In this document: positions 40,303 through 50,598 of the stretch, one piece after another
Position numbering within the stretch: the stretch's first letter is position 1
Layout of the letters: each line of letters opens with the position of its first letter
Source of the DNA: Thermoplasmatota archaeon
Lineage (GTDB): Archaea; Thermoplasmatota; Penumbrarchaeia; Penumbrarchaeales; Penumbrarchaeaceae
DNA length: 64,000 bases
Direction: 5' to 3'
Assembly (NCBI GenBank): GCA_965234725.1
Contig: CBDDUX010000002.1
Location: 39,954 to 103,953 of the forward strand
Position numbers and translations under genes: made by a program
The notes under the pieces: generated by a model
Database searches by the model: none
Seen by the model: only the letters and a program-made list of their open reading frames with translations
Told to the model about the DNA's origin: nothing

Positions 40303-41559
40303 TCATCTTTTTACAAGGTACCAATCTCCAACGAATATCGGTTCATTGGTTGTTTCATCATGGTACACACCATTTCCGGTAAGGAAATTATATGGATAGG
40401 CTTCCCAGATCGGTGTTTTATCAGGAGTTGGCCATTCCCAGTTCTCAGGGACGAAAACCATTCTCACATCGCCGATATGTATTTCCTCCTTTGTTCCTAT
40501 CACATAAAGATAAGGATCGAAGAACAGCGCTGAAGCGTGTGCATCCAATTCGTTATAGCCAAAATGGCTCAGGTCGAAATAGAATCCCTTTTCAAATATT
40601 ATTTTGATGGTGGTGACCTGTTTCTGATCGACTGCATCGTTGGTATAACCATTTTTAAAGATACCTATGTTGAAATCATTATCCATTTCAAAGGGTATCT
40701 CTGTGGATTCGATAATATCTCTACTGTCATTGGCGAAATAGGTTATCTCACAGTTACCATTGGATTTGAAGATCTCGGCAGGAATGAACAGGTTAAGTAG
40801 ATGTGAGAAGCTAGCGGTCCTCTCCTCCGCAAAAAAAGTCCATTCCATCCACATCAATCTGTTTTCGAAATATGATGTCCTTATTGAAGCATCGAAGACC
40901 AGATCATTGTAATCCCAATCATTTGGTTTCAGACCACTCCCTTCTACTACCTCCAAAGGAAGGTCCTCGAATCCAAATGATGCTGTCCCTGATGGAGGCC
41001 AGACCTCTTCTCTGGAGAATCTGTAAATGAAATATCTTGCATTCGAGGTTCTCAGGAAAGTATTCTCTCCTGTCCATCCAGATCTTTCAACATCTTTCTG
41101 TGAGGGTTCAGTTGAATTAAACACAATGCAATGGGCTGCCATGTATAGAAGATCCTCCTTGGTATATGCCCCTTCAATATCGATCTTATAAAGATAGTCA
41201 GAAACCTTTGGATCATGATTATTTGTAAATGGAAACATTTCGGGGACCGGATCGCCGTTCCTCTGGAAGATATCTGACAGCTGGGTTCCAAAGGAAAGAT
41301 CGGACCTTTTCATCTCCCAGCCCTCATCATCAAGAACATATTTTACGAAGAGGACTTTAAGGTCGTTGCTCCATATGTAAAGTGTTCCAATCTGGGTACC
41401 ATCGTCTAATAGTATCCTCTCGGCTTGAGCATGGTCTGGGACTTCTACTGTATCAGTTGCATCTGGGTCTGATGGTATTATCGCTAGAAATCCAAGGAGT
41501 ATCAATAATGCTGTGATCACCCCGATCGATCCTTTTAGTATGCCAGCTTTTGCTATCAT
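40303..41559 (-). CDS. Secreted protein with LruC/DUF4842-like C-terminal region
   Basis: Signal peptide after Met 41559 (SD GAGGTGA); 'FGFEDLP...DWDYNDLVF' and 'VPENWEWP...PIWEAYP'. Confidence 0.6.
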   Translation of the reverse strand: MIAKAGILKGSIGVITALLILLGFLAIIPSDPDATDTVEVPDHAQAERILLDDGTQIGTLYIWSNDLKVLFVKYVLDDEGWEMKRSDLSFGTQLSDIFQRNGDPVPEMFPFTNNHDPKVSDYLYKIDIEGAYTKEDLLYMAAHCIVFNSTEPSQKDVERSGWTGENTFLRTSNARYFIYRFSREEVWPPSGTASFGFEDLPLEVVEGSGLKPNDWDYNDLVFDASIRTSYFENRLMWMEWTFFAEERTASFSHLLNLFIPAEIFKSNGNCEITYFANDSRDIIESTEIPFEMDNDFNIGIFKNGYTNDAVDQKQVTTIKIIFEKGFYFDLSHFGYNELDAHASALFFDPYLYVIGTKEEIHIGDVRMVFVPENWEWPTPDKTPIWEAYPYNFLTGNGVYHDETTNEPIFVGDWYLVKR

Positions 41560-41806
41560 ATTGTCACCTCTACCATTGATCGGACCAAGGTCCATCTGGG
41601 TTGGGATATGTAAAATCATAACATTATCAGGTATTTTAACCTGTAACTTTATAAATCCACATAAACCACTAATATTTATGTGCATACATGCACATACTAT
41701 TTTCCTGGACGGTCCCTTTTTTTTCTTTGATCCTTATTAACAATTACTATGCTTAAGTATAAAATAAGTCTATGTATACATTATATACATCAAAAAAATT
41801 CGGCTC

Positions 41807-42544
41807 TTACTCCTCTTTGTTGAATACCTTTTCAACCTCCTCCCTTGAGATCTCAATATAACCACCTAAAGGTATGCCTGAGAGCTCCAACCCCCCTATC
41901 CTCGTTCTCTCTAGCTCTATGACCCTGGTCCCGATAGCTAGGAAAAGTCTTCTGATGACATGCTTGCGCCCCTCATGTATCCTGATAACGGCAATTGTCC
42001 CTCCATCTTTATTGACCGTGGAACGGACGATCACATCTTTGACCAGGTCTCCATTTTCAAGAAGGATCCCATTTTCTATTCTATCTTTCAATTGATCTAT
42101 TGTCCAGATCCCATTGATCAATGCTCGGTATTCTTTCATAACTCCGAATCTTGGATGTGATATCCTGTTTCCAAGCTCCCCATCATTGGTAAGGACCATT
42201 AACCCGGTGGTGTCCAGGTCCAATCGACCAACAGGGAATAACCCCATCTCCCTCCCACCAGGTATAATATCGACCACCCATTTCCTGCCCTTTTGATCCA
42301 GATTCACACTTATGTAACCTATAGATTTGTTTATTATGAAATATCTCAAAACATTCAATTCTACTCTGTTCCCATCAAGAAGGACCTCATCTCCCGGGAA
42401 GACCTTGGACCCTGGTTCAACGACAACCGTTCCGTTGACCTTGATCCGACCCTCTTCAAGGTATCGTTCACAAGCCCTTCTTGAACCCATTCCACTTCTT
42501 GCCAGGTACCTCTGGATCCTTATGGGCTTTTCTTCGATCATCAT
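41807..42544 (-). CDS. RsuA/RluB-family rRNA pseudouridine synthase (bacterial type)
   Basis: S4 domain 'RIQRYLARSG..SRR..E..I/LEEGR'; catalytic 'VGRLDLDTTGL..LTNDG'; EGRKH.IRR. Confidence 0.93.
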   Translation of the reverse strand: MMIEEKPIRIQRYLARSGMGSRRACERYLEEGRIKVNGTVVVEPGSKVFPGDEVLLDGNRVELNVLRYFIINKSIGYISVNLDQKGRKWVVDIIPGGREMGLFPVGRLDLDTTGLMVLTNDGELGNRISHPRFGVMKEYRALINGIWTIDQLKDRIENGILLENGDLVKDVIVRSTVNKDGGTIAVIRIHEGRKHVIRRLFLAIGTRVIELERTRIGGLELSGIPLGGYIEISREEVEKVFNKEE

Positions 42545-43380
42545 TCCACCAATTTGGGAGATTCAAGAAGTCTTTCTGGTTCAAGGAGCTGGTCCCTGAA
42601 ATAATCCAAGGCCCTGTAATAGTAAAACCCATCAACAACCCTCTCATCCGCCGATCCCTTGAAAGGTATCACAAGTTTTGCAACGACCTCGTCACACTCG
42701 ACAAAAGGTTTCTTTCTGATCTTCCCCACTACAATGAACATGGGGATCGTACCCAGCTCATAGAGGTGATGGTATCCTGTGTCCGCATCGAATGCCCCCA
42801 CATTGGCAATGAAAGCTGAGGCATAAAGTGGATCCTTTCGAGTATACGAAGAAGGTAGAAGATCATATTCGTCCAGGAACTTGTAAAGGGGATAAAGCCC
42901 TTTTTTTATTGGAGCTGGAATCCAATTATAGAGATCTGATTCCTTTTCTGCTTGATCCTTCTTCTTCAGGTCCCTCCCTTCCAGGGTATCTTTCCTTGAA
43001 ACCATTACGGTATCCTTAAGGGTGAATCCGGGCTTGAACTCTCTTTTGACTATTGATATGGGAGAGGATGTGGTGAATTCCTTTTTTATTGAGAAAGAGA
43101 ACCAGATACCTTTCCTCTGCCAGAGGACCCCTCCCTTCACAAACCTGTTGAGATCAGGATAGGCCACATGGGTCTTGTAAAGCGCATGGAGGATAAGATG
43201 GAAAGGGGTAACCTTCTGACCATATTCGTTTGACATCCTTTCAGCGAATTCAAGTGCCTTATCAGCAGGGACATCCAGATTATAATTGATCAATGATTCC
43301 TGCTTTGTCCTCATGAAGAAAGGCATGATCCTTCTGTAATTCGGAACATCCTTTACCCTGACCCCGTCCGATCTACCCAT
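42541..43380 (-). CDS. Stand-alone 2-oxoacid dehydrogenase E2-like acyltransferase domain
   Basis: 'YPDLNRFV.G', 'SAFIANVG', 'ADERVVDG.Y'. No lipoyl domain. Confidence 0.75.
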   Translation of the reverse strand: MGRSDGVRVKDVPNYRRIMPFFMRTKQESLINYNLDVPADKALEFAERMSNEYGQKVTPFHLILHALYKTHVAYPDLNRFVKGGVLWQRKGIWFSFSIKKEFTTSSPISIVKREFKPGFTLKDTVMVSRKDTLEGRDLKKKDQAEKESDLYNWIPAPIKKGLYPLYKFLDEYDLLPSSYTRKDPLYASAFIANVGAFDADTGYHHLYELGTIPMFIVVGKIRKKPFVECDEVVAKLVIPFKGSADERVVDGFYYYRALDYFRDQLLEPERLLESPKLVE

Positions 43381-43508
43381 GATTACATTATAATGTGTAT
43401 AATCTTAAAATTGTCGATAATGAAACTTTCTGGAAATGGGTTCATATCCTTGGTCCATGGAGAGTCTTTAAATGGTTGGGTAAATATCCCCCTTTTTGGT
43501 GGATAAGT

Positions 43509-44435
43509 TTGACTCTATTGGGTAGGGACATCGTAAACATCGGGGATCTTAGCCTTGGAGAGATCTCCACGATATTGGATACAGCCAGTGGAATGGTAAA
43601 GATAGCGAAGGGTGAGGAGAGGTCCAGACTACTTGACGGCAAGGTACTGGCATCTTTGTTCTTCGAACCTTCCACGAGAACACGTCTTTCCTTCGAGACT
43701 GCAATGCTTAGGCTTGGAGGGGGTGTGATAACGATAGCCGGGCAGGAAGGCTCCTCGCTCATAAAAGGAGAGACCCTTGCCGACACGATCCGGATGGCTG
43801 ATGGTTATTCTGATGTTATCGCGATTAGACACCCTCGTGAGGGTGCAGCAAGACTAGCTTCGACCTTCTCCAAAGCTCCAGTAATAAATGGTGGAGATGG
43901 AGCCGGTCAGCACCCCACACAGACGTTATTGGACCTTTTTACGATCAGAGAGGAGCTTGGGAAGATCGAGGATCTGCATGTTACTATTGCAGGTGACCTT
44001 AGATATGGAAGGACTGTTCATTCCCTTTCACTGGCACTTGCCAGGATGGGGGCTTCCATGAGCTTTGTGGCTCCGGATATAATTCCCATGCCTGAGAATA
44101 TAGTTAATGACATCAAAGAAATGGGGATCGATGTCACGATCACGGATAACCTAAAAAAGGAGGTTCCCAGGTCCGATGTGATCTACATGACCAGGATACA
44201 GAAAGAGAGGTTTGCCGATGAGGCCGAGTATAGTAAGGTTGCCCATGCTTTCAAGATAGATAGGAAGATGATACAGGATGCCAAGGAAAGTATGATCGTC
44301 ATGCATCCGCTCCCGCGCGTGGATGAGATCCATCCTGAGATCGATGATACAGTTCATGCCAAGTATTTCGTCCAGGCCTTCAACGGAGTTGCAACTAGAA
44401 TGGCACTCCTCAAACTCGTTCTGGAGGGAGAATAA
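43509..44435 (+). CDS. pyrB: Aspartate carbamoyltransferase catalytic subunit (TTG start at 43509 preferred)
   Basis: FFEPSTRTRLSF, KGETLADT, HPTQTLLD, GDLRYGRTVHSL, HPLPR. Confidence 0.97.
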   Translation: MTLLGRDIVNIGDLSLGEISTILDTASGMVKIAKGEERSRLLDGKVLASLFFEPSTRTRLSFETAMLRLGGGVITIAGQEGSSLIKGETLADTIRMADGYSDVIAIRHPREGAARLASTFSKAPVINGGDGAGQHPTQTLLDLFTIREELGKIEDLHVTIAGDLRYGRTVHSLSLALARMGASMSFVAPDIIPMPENIVNDIKEMGIDVTITDNLKKEVPRSDVIYMTRIQKERFADEAEYSKVAHAFKIDRKMIQDAKESMIVMHPLPRVDEIHPEIDDTVHAKYFVQAFNGVATRMALLKLVLEGE

Positions 44436-44890
44436 TGAAGGAGCTCAAGATAACACCCATAAGGAACGGAACGGTTATTGACCATATCAGACCTGGAATG
44501 GCTCTGAAGGTCATCAAGATCCTGAAGATAAGCAACGGGTCCCAGAAAGAAGTTGCCATTGCAATGTACACCAACTCAAAAAAACTGGGAAGGAAGGACC
44601 TTGTTAAGGTGGAGGATATGGAGCTGGATCCTAAAGATGTCAACAAACTTGCCGTGTTGACCCCTAATGCAACGATATCCATCATCAGGGATTATAAGGT
44701 GGTTAAGAAGTTCTCGGTGGAGGTCCCTGAACAGATAGAGGGGATCGCCAAATGTGAGAATCCCAACTGTATCACCAATCAAAAGGAGCCTGTTTCACCT
44801 AAATTGATCAGGACCTCGGTAGAGCCTCCCCGTTTCAGGTGCTTCTATTGTGGAAGGGACCAGGAGGATGTACCCTCCAGTATCATTTGA
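44435..44890 (+). CDS. pyrI: Aspartate carbamoyltransferase regulatory subunit
   Basis: NGTVIDHI, CENPNCIT and CFYC zinc ligands. Confidence 0.96.
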   Translation: MKELKITPIRNGTVIDHIRPGMALKVIKILKISNGSQKEVAIAMYTNSKKLGRKDLVKVEDMELDPKDVNKLAVLTPNATISIIRDYKVVKKFSVEVPEQIEGIAKCENPNCITNQKEPVSPKLIRTSVEPPRFRCFYCGRDQEDVPSSII

Positions 44891-45485
44891 TCCTGGAGAC
44901 AGCCAGGATCCTTTTCCCGGTTTCCAGTAACATTTCCATGGACATATGAGGAGTGGAATAACTCCTCGGAATCATGGCGATCATCTCGGTTGCCATTGGG
45001 ACATGAATGAATCCCCCGGATCTCGCCCTCTCTCTGCACCATTTCATCAAGGTGAAGAATACCTCATTGCAGAGGTAAGTCCCGGCTGAATAAGAGATCT
45101 TGACCGGGATTCCGTTCTTACGGAGTTCATCCAGGATAATTCTATTTGGAAGGCACGATCTTAAGGCCAGTGGTTCTTCTGAAAAGATCGGTTCATCAAC
45201 AACTATCCTTCCTGAGGAGTCAGGTATTTCGGATGATCTCAGGTTAAGAGCTATCTCTTCCAGAGCTATGTGGGAGATCGTTCCGTTAAGACCGAAACAG
45301 ATCACAAGGTCCGGGTCCAATTCCTTCAGAGCTTCGATAAGGGCCTTTCCTCCCTCCCCATATATCACAGGGAGAGTTCTGAATTCCACATCATCATTCT
45401 CATCAGATAGCGTTCTTGCTATATCCTCGGATGGATTAGAAGAAAAATGATCGAAGGGGCCGAAGCCGGTGACAAGTATCTTCAC
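44883..45485 (-). CDS. pcp: Pyroglutamyl-peptidase I
   Basis: ILVTGFGPF...NPS, LEEIALN, SAGTYLCN, GFIHVP. Confidence 0.93.
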   Translation of the reverse strand: MKILVTGFGPFDHFSSNPSEDIARTLSDENDDVEFRTLPVIYGEGGKALIEALKELDPDLVICFGLNGTISHIALEEIALNLRSSEIPDSSGRIVVDEPIFSEEPLALRSCLPNRIILDELRKNGIPVKISYSAGTYLCNEVFFTLMKWCRERARSGGFIHVPMATEMIAMIPRSYSTPHMSMEMLLETGKRILAVSRIK

Positions 45486-45522
45486 CGATAATTCACCTCG
45501 GCCCCTTCATCTGAGATCTCGT

Positions 45523-48500
45523 TTATATCCTCTTCCTTATGGAAACGAAGAAAGTCGATGCCAGAGCAAGGACCACTACGAAAGCTATAGTTCCGCCTAT
45601 TATTAGCCCAGTGTCGAAAGGAGTTGGTTCTTCTTTATGTTCCTTCTGGATCTGGACCGTTATCTCGAACGGTGTCTCGGTTATCTTTCCGTCGTCATCC
45701 ATAACGAATAATTTGGCTGTGTACAGACCTGTCTTATCGTAGGTATGGGCTACCACCTTGGATGGTAGGTATCCATTGATACCCTGTGATATGTCAGAGT
45801 GGGTTCCATCGCCAAAGTCCCAGTAATAACCGACGATATCTCCGTCATCATCATAGGACCCGTCTCCGGAAAGCATGACCGGCTGTTCATCATAGTAGTA
45901 GATCAGAGTATCTTCCTTCGAGATCGCAAAGGGAGCTCTGTTTGTAACTTCTATCTTGTATGTTTCCGACCAATTCAGTCCCTTGCCGTCGGTCATGTAG
46001 ATGGATACGTTGAAGATCCCGTTATCCTCATAGACATGGTCCACCTTGGACTGCTTGGAGATGGTTCCATCTCCTAGGTCCCAGGTTAGTCCGAAAAGGT
46101 CGTCAAGGGGGCTGGTCTCCAGTTTGTCATCAAGGTAAGCGTCCCCATCCGGATCATAGGACTGAGATGCATCGAAGGTCATCCTTACATTGGTATAGAC
46201 TTCCCTGGTGTCTATGTTCAGCCAGGATTCGGATGTGATCTCCACTACACCTACCGGTCCCTGGTTAGCGGGAACGATCTTCACTTTTGTGGTATCAGTA
46301 TCAGAGTATTCACCATCGGTCACAGAGACCATCACTGTGAAGGTTCCTGCCTTCTGGTAAACATGTTCCATGACGCGGCCGATGACGGTTCCGGAGCCGT
46401 CTCCGAAGTCCCAGGTGTAAATGAGGTTATCCACATATTCTGAATCCCTCTTGTTATCATAGTTGGGATCATCGTTCGGGTCATAGGAACCTGCTCCATC
46501 GAAGGTTACAGGCATTCCCACTTCTATCTCCTGACCCGGAGGTGGGAGGGTTGGTCCGGCTTCGGCTGTTGGAGGTAGATTGATGTAAACCTGGAAGGGA
46601 AGGGATTCTACGGGTTTCCTGCCGTCCCAAACCGTGAGTTTGACCGGCCAGAAGAGCTTTCCGGTTCGTGATGCTCCTCTATCCTGCCACTTGTATTCTG
46701 CCTGAGGGTCCGTGGAGAAGGATTCGGTTCTTGTTCCGTCACCCCAATCCCACTGGTACTTTAGTTCCACATCGGGAAGACCATCGCCATCTTCATCGAA
46801 TCCTGGAAGGCCCTGGTAGTGGTCTTCAACATTCTTTACTCCGGAGACCCAGATATCAGGGTCGAATGAATGTGAACCGTTGAAGTAGATCACCCTGTTC
46901 TTGGATGAGTTTATGCGTTCCAGGAAGTAATTCTCCATCGAGGGGTTATGACTTGCCCTGATTATAGGTACAGGATCCATGTTCTCGACAACATGGAGGA
47001 GTAGTACCTTGCTCCCGGAGAGTGTATTGATGTTATCCGTTGGTCCGTCAAAAACGGTCAAGGTGACGTTCCATTCTCCTTCCTCGTCAAAGACATAATC
47101 CAATTGAGGAGTAAGCTCATGATGGTAGAATTCGCCATATGGCCCCTCAAGGTCCCAACTGTAGAATAACTCCGAGTTCGGGTCGGGATCGAAGGCATAT
47201 CCGTTGAAGATCACCTGCTGTTTGACCAGAACCCATGATTCTCCCATCCCGGCATATTCCGCTGGCATCTGGGGAACCACGCTCAATGATACCTGGGGAG
47301 CGTTCTGGGATTTGTATGCCAGAACCTGAATTACATGTGTAGCCTGGTTTCTCTCAGGGTCGATAACGGTCAAAGTAACATTCAGGATCAGGTATTGCTT
47401 CTTGGCAGGGAGGTTCGGATTCATGGCTGGAAGCTTGACCTTCCAATCCAGAATGGGTGAGGATTGCAGGCCACCGGACATCCTGATGGTCTGTTCCACA
47501 TTGTTTCCTGGGATGGAAACCTTGGCAATCCATTCGTATTTCAATCTGTCAACCTCACCGTAATCAGTGGATCTCCAACCATCTCCAATATCGGTTCCGT
47601 CATCGATGGCACCGTTGTTCTCACCCTTATCCGGTCCAATCCAATCAGGGGATCCGTAAGGGATCCCATCCACACCCACGTCGTCCTGTGGATCGTATGA
47701 ATGGGATGCGTCGAAGGTGATTATCTCACCCTCTTTTATCTGGGGATATTCATCATTGAAGATAGGTTCAACGTAATCAGGGTCATCCTCCCAATCATTA
47801 CGGTTTTCAGGGAATCCCATGTCCTCTCCGGTATTTGCTACCGGTAGCTGTTTGGGATGAAGGTATGGTATGGATATCCAACTGAGTTTCTCTGTATATC
47901 CACAATAGAGTATGAAGTCCATGGTTCTCATATCCAGGTCATCAGGCTCATTGTCACTCCTCCACATAATAACCCATATCCTTCCACCGTTGATGTCACC
48001 AGGAACATTTGGGTGATTGTCATCGTCGATGTCCAACCAGTATCCGAGCCCGTCCGTGAACTCTTCCATCTGCCTATGGGTGGGGCTATTTTTCTCAGCT
48101 GCCACAGTAGTATAAGGTTCGATGGTACCGCTTGGATTGGCTGGGTCATAGGGAGTGTCCCACCAGTTGAAATCGAACCGCATTTTACCTTCTATACTTG
48201 CAGTAGGTGATGGGTCTTCGAAATTAAAATCCCCATTTGTATCTACCCAAACCTCAACATTGAGCTTTTTACCTGCACCCAGAAGAGGATTGGTCCAGGA
48301 GAACGGGTTTGGATTGAGACCTAGTGGATTGATGGTCAAATTAATGACACCCATGTCGTGCATGTCCTCATTGTATTTGGCGGTAAGTTTCCGGTCCGCT
48401 CTGGGATATGAGAAGTTCATGGGATCATCATAGGCCTGTGTAAGATTGATATCCTCTTTCATCAGACCCACCTCATCGCCATTGGTGGTCGCATTCACAT

Positions 48501-48822
48501 CATCCAGCCACTGATAATCCTCTGTCATGTTCTTGCATCTGAACCAGAATTCGGTCTGGTCGTACATATCATGACTGAGGTAATTGGTCCAGTTATGCCA
48601 GGGCTGTCTCCAGGGATGCTGATAATCGTTAATGTCCCATCCACTGGACGAGATCCATTTGGCATCATCGTAATCGGTAAGCAGGTTATACGGGTCCGTC
48701 CTGGTTGGGGTTTCCTGTTGGACAGCATCCACTGTTGTATCATCCGGCGCTCTTATCATTACAGTAACGCTTCCCGCTATGAGAAGACCGAACAAGACAA
48801 GGGCCAAAACACCTTTGCGCAT
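45523..48822 (-). CDS. Large PKD-repeat surface protein with C-terminal TM anchor
   Basis: Signal peptide; about six 'FD.S.SYDP...Y.WDFGDG' PKD units; Asp-rich DxDxDG loops; TM plus RKR. Confidence 0.85.
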   Translation of the reverse strand: MRKGVLALVLFGLLIAGSVTVMIRAPDDTTVDAVQQETPTRTDPYNLLTDYDDAKWISSSGWDINDYQHPWRQPWHNWTNYLSHDMYDQTEFWFRCKNMTEDYQWLDDVNATTNGDEVGLMKEDINLTQAYDDPMNFSYPRADRKLTAKYNEDMHDMGVINLTINPLGLNPNPFSWTNPLLGAGKKLNVEVWVDTNGDFNFEDPSPTASIEGKMRFDFNWWDTPYDPANPSGTIEPYTTVAAEKNSPTHRQMEEFTDGLGYWLDIDDDNHPNVPGDINGGRIWVIMWRSDNEPDDLDMRTMDFILYCGYTEKLSWISIPYLHPKQLPVANTGEDMGFPENRNDWEDDPDYVEPIFNDEYPQIKEGEIITFDASHSYDPQDDVGVDGIPYGSPDWIGPDKGENNGAIDDGTDIGDGWRSTDYGEVDRLKYEWIAKVSIPGNNVEQTIRMSGGLQSSPILDWKVKLPAMNPNLPAKKQYLILNVTLTVIDPERNQATHVIQVLAYKSQNAPQVSLSVVPQMPAEYAGMGESWVLVKQQVIFNGYAFDPDPNSELFYSWDLEGPYGEFYHHELTPQLDYVFDEEGEWNVTLTVFDGPTDNINTLSGSKVLLLHVVENMDPVPIIRASHNPSMENYFLERINSSKNRVIYFNGSHSFDPDIWVSGVKNVEDHYQGLPGFDEDGDGLPDVELKYQWDWGDGTRTESFSTDPQAEYKWQDRGASRTGKLFWPVKLTVWDGRKPVESLPFQVYINLPPTAEAGPTLPPPGQEIEVGMPVTFDGAGSYDPNDDPNYDNKRDSEYVDNLIYTWDFGDGSGTVIGRVMEHVYQKAGTFTVMVSVTDGEYSDTDTTKVKIVPANQGPVGVVEITSESWLNIDTREVYTNVRMTFDASQSYDPDGDAYLDDKLETSPLDDLFGLTWDLGDGTISKQSKVDHVYEDNGIFNVSIYMTDGKGLNWSETYKIEVTNRAPFAISKEDTLIYYYDEQPVMLSGDGSYDDDGDIVGYYWDFGDGTHSDISQGINGYLPSKVVAHTYDKTGLYTAKLFVMDDDGKITETPFEITVQIQKEHKEEPTPFDTGLIIGGTIAFVVVLALASTFFVSIRKRI

Positions 48823-49059
48823 GATTTCCCTCCATTAAAGTTTACACTTATATCGAAGTGTACCACGTGGGGCTTGGGTATTACTGATACAATAGATAAA
48901 GTTTCCCTGCCTGGCACAGCACTGGCCATGTGGCTTTGTGCATCAGTTGGTACGCCCTATCAGCGAACAGATCTACCCTGCTCCTTGCTGGTATAAGTAA
49001 ACCACTGCCGGGGCGTTATTTAAGACTTCCTTTTTCATGAGAGATTTCAGGGGTGAACA

Positions 49060-50487
49060 TCAGCCTTGTGATTTGATCAGCATGTTCTCCATCTGATCAC
49101 AGACGCCGATATAGGTCTTCATGTCCCCTTTCTGTCTTACCTGTTCCGCAAAGTGCATGAGGTCGAATATCTGGGACATGTCCTTTCCTTTCTCATTGAG
49201 CTTGATACTGGCATTGTAGACAAACTGGTATTTCTTGAATGCGGATTGGATATCTTCCGGAGATGGGCCTTGTTTTTCAGGGACCTTGTCCGATACTTCT
49301 TCATTAGTATCCTTTTCCTTTGAGGGAGCGTTCTGTTTTTCTGCCCCCTCCTGCATTTTTCCTTTGGTCTTATGCGCCTTTTCTTCGATTATCTCCTTTT
49401 CCTCGGACACAATCTCTGTCTCATCAAGTTCCATAACGTCTCCTGAAGATCCATCCTCTTTGGTCTTGTCTTCCATTTCCTGTCGCATTTCCATTCTCTG
49501 CTTCATTACTTTCTGGACAGGGACCAGTTTCTTGACGGTTACGATCTTGATAACAGGTTTCTCTTCTTCTTTGATATCTTCTTCAGGTTCGGGTTCCTTC
49601 TCTCCTTCTTCCGGAATGGACTTCTTTATCTCCTTTGGAAGCTGCTGGACAGGTTTCTTTCTTATAGTCCTTTTTGGTTCAGATTTTTTCTCTTTTACCG
49701 GTTCTTCTTTCTTTGGTAAAGCCTTCACCTCGGCAACTATCTCCTCTTCAACTATCCCCTTAATACTATCCTCAGCAAGGGTGTTGATCTCACCTGCGAT
49801 CTGAATGAAATCGGATCGATCCTCTTTGAATGATGAGGCAAGGTCCTTGAACCTCTCTTTGGCCTTTGTTGTATCGCCACCAAGCTCCTTGTATTCAGCC
49901 AGTTTATTCTGAAGTTCGGACATCACGGATCTCTTGAACTTTTCTGTTCCAAGGAAATTCCCTAAGCTCTTTCCAAGTTCAAGGGCCTTTATATAATTCC
50001 CATCTCTGTAATCCTGAGCAACGTCTCGGATACCTTCCCAGACCTTGGCAACCTCTCCACCCAGACCCGAGAGGTTTTTAACAGAACCCTGAAGGGTAAT
50101 CATCTCGTTTGCAGCCCCTTCTTTGTGCTCGATGTTCTTGAGGTCGTCTCCCTTTGCCATCTTGAATGTGACCTTCTCCTCCTTCTCGACCTCCATTTCA
50201 ACTGTTGGCCCTACCTGTTTCGGTGAGATGACCTCAATGGACCCCTTTACATTCTTCGGGGAAGGACCTGAAGATATCTGAACATCTTCGAATATCCCTC
50301 CTTTCAGACCACCTGATATCAAAGCTTCCTTCCTCTCCTCTGACATCATGGTGGGTTTTTCACCATGTATCCTAAGCCATAGGGATTTGAAGGGCTCCTG
50401 AAGATCCCCCGGGGATTTGACATTGTCTACCATATCGAGGAATCTTTCGACTCTTTCCAGTCTTTCGGATGCTGCAGAAACTGCCAT
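49060..50487 (-). CDS. Hypothetical charged protein with long Glu/Lys-rich low-complexity linker
   Basis: Long ORF; helical 'GGDTTKAKE' and 'GKDMSQ' units flank an E/K/P-rich segment. Confidence 0.7.
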   Translation of the reverse strand: MAVSAASERLERVERFLDMVDNVKSPGDLQEPFKSLWLRIHGEKPTMMSEERKEALISGGLKGGIFEDVQISSGPSPKNVKGSIEVISPKQVGPTVEMEVEKEEKVTFKMAKGDDLKNIEHKEGAANEMITLQGSVKNLSGLGGEVAKVWEGIRDVAQDYRDGNYIKALELGKSLGNFLGTEKFKRSVMSELQNKLAEYKELGGDTTKAKERFKDLASSFKEDRSDFIQIAGEINTLAEDSIKGIVEEEIVAEVKALPKKEEPVKEKKSEPKRTIRKKPVQQLPKEIKKSIPEEGEKEPEPEEDIKEEEKPVIKIVTVKKLVPVQKVMKQRMEMRQEMEDKTKEDGSSGDVMELDETEIVSEEKEIIEEKAHKTKGKMQEGAEKQNAPSKEKDTNEEVSDKVPEKQGPSPEDIQSAFKKYQFVYNASIKLNEKGKDMSQIFDLMHFAEQVRQKGDMKTYIGVCDQMENMLIKSQG

Positions 50488-50598
50488 GATGCTCCACCCG
50501 GGAATTTGAATTGAGTACTCCTACTCTTGATAAATAATTTGCGATATGAATGGTGAAAGCCAGTTGGCTCTTAATTTTGAGAATTCGGTGTGATTTGA

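Noticed and set aside
43395-43508. ORF-track N-terminal extensions of pyrB (also scpB 36919, 25319, 41685, kptA 52183)
   Set aside because: The extensions run through promoter or upstream-gene sequence. Downstream starts fit better on SD position, signal peptides or family N-termini.
48850-49030. 5S rRNA, SRP RNA or RNase P RNA
   Set aside because: Their conserved motifs (e.g. CCGAAC, CAGG..GGAA..AGCA, GAGGAAAGUCC) are absent.
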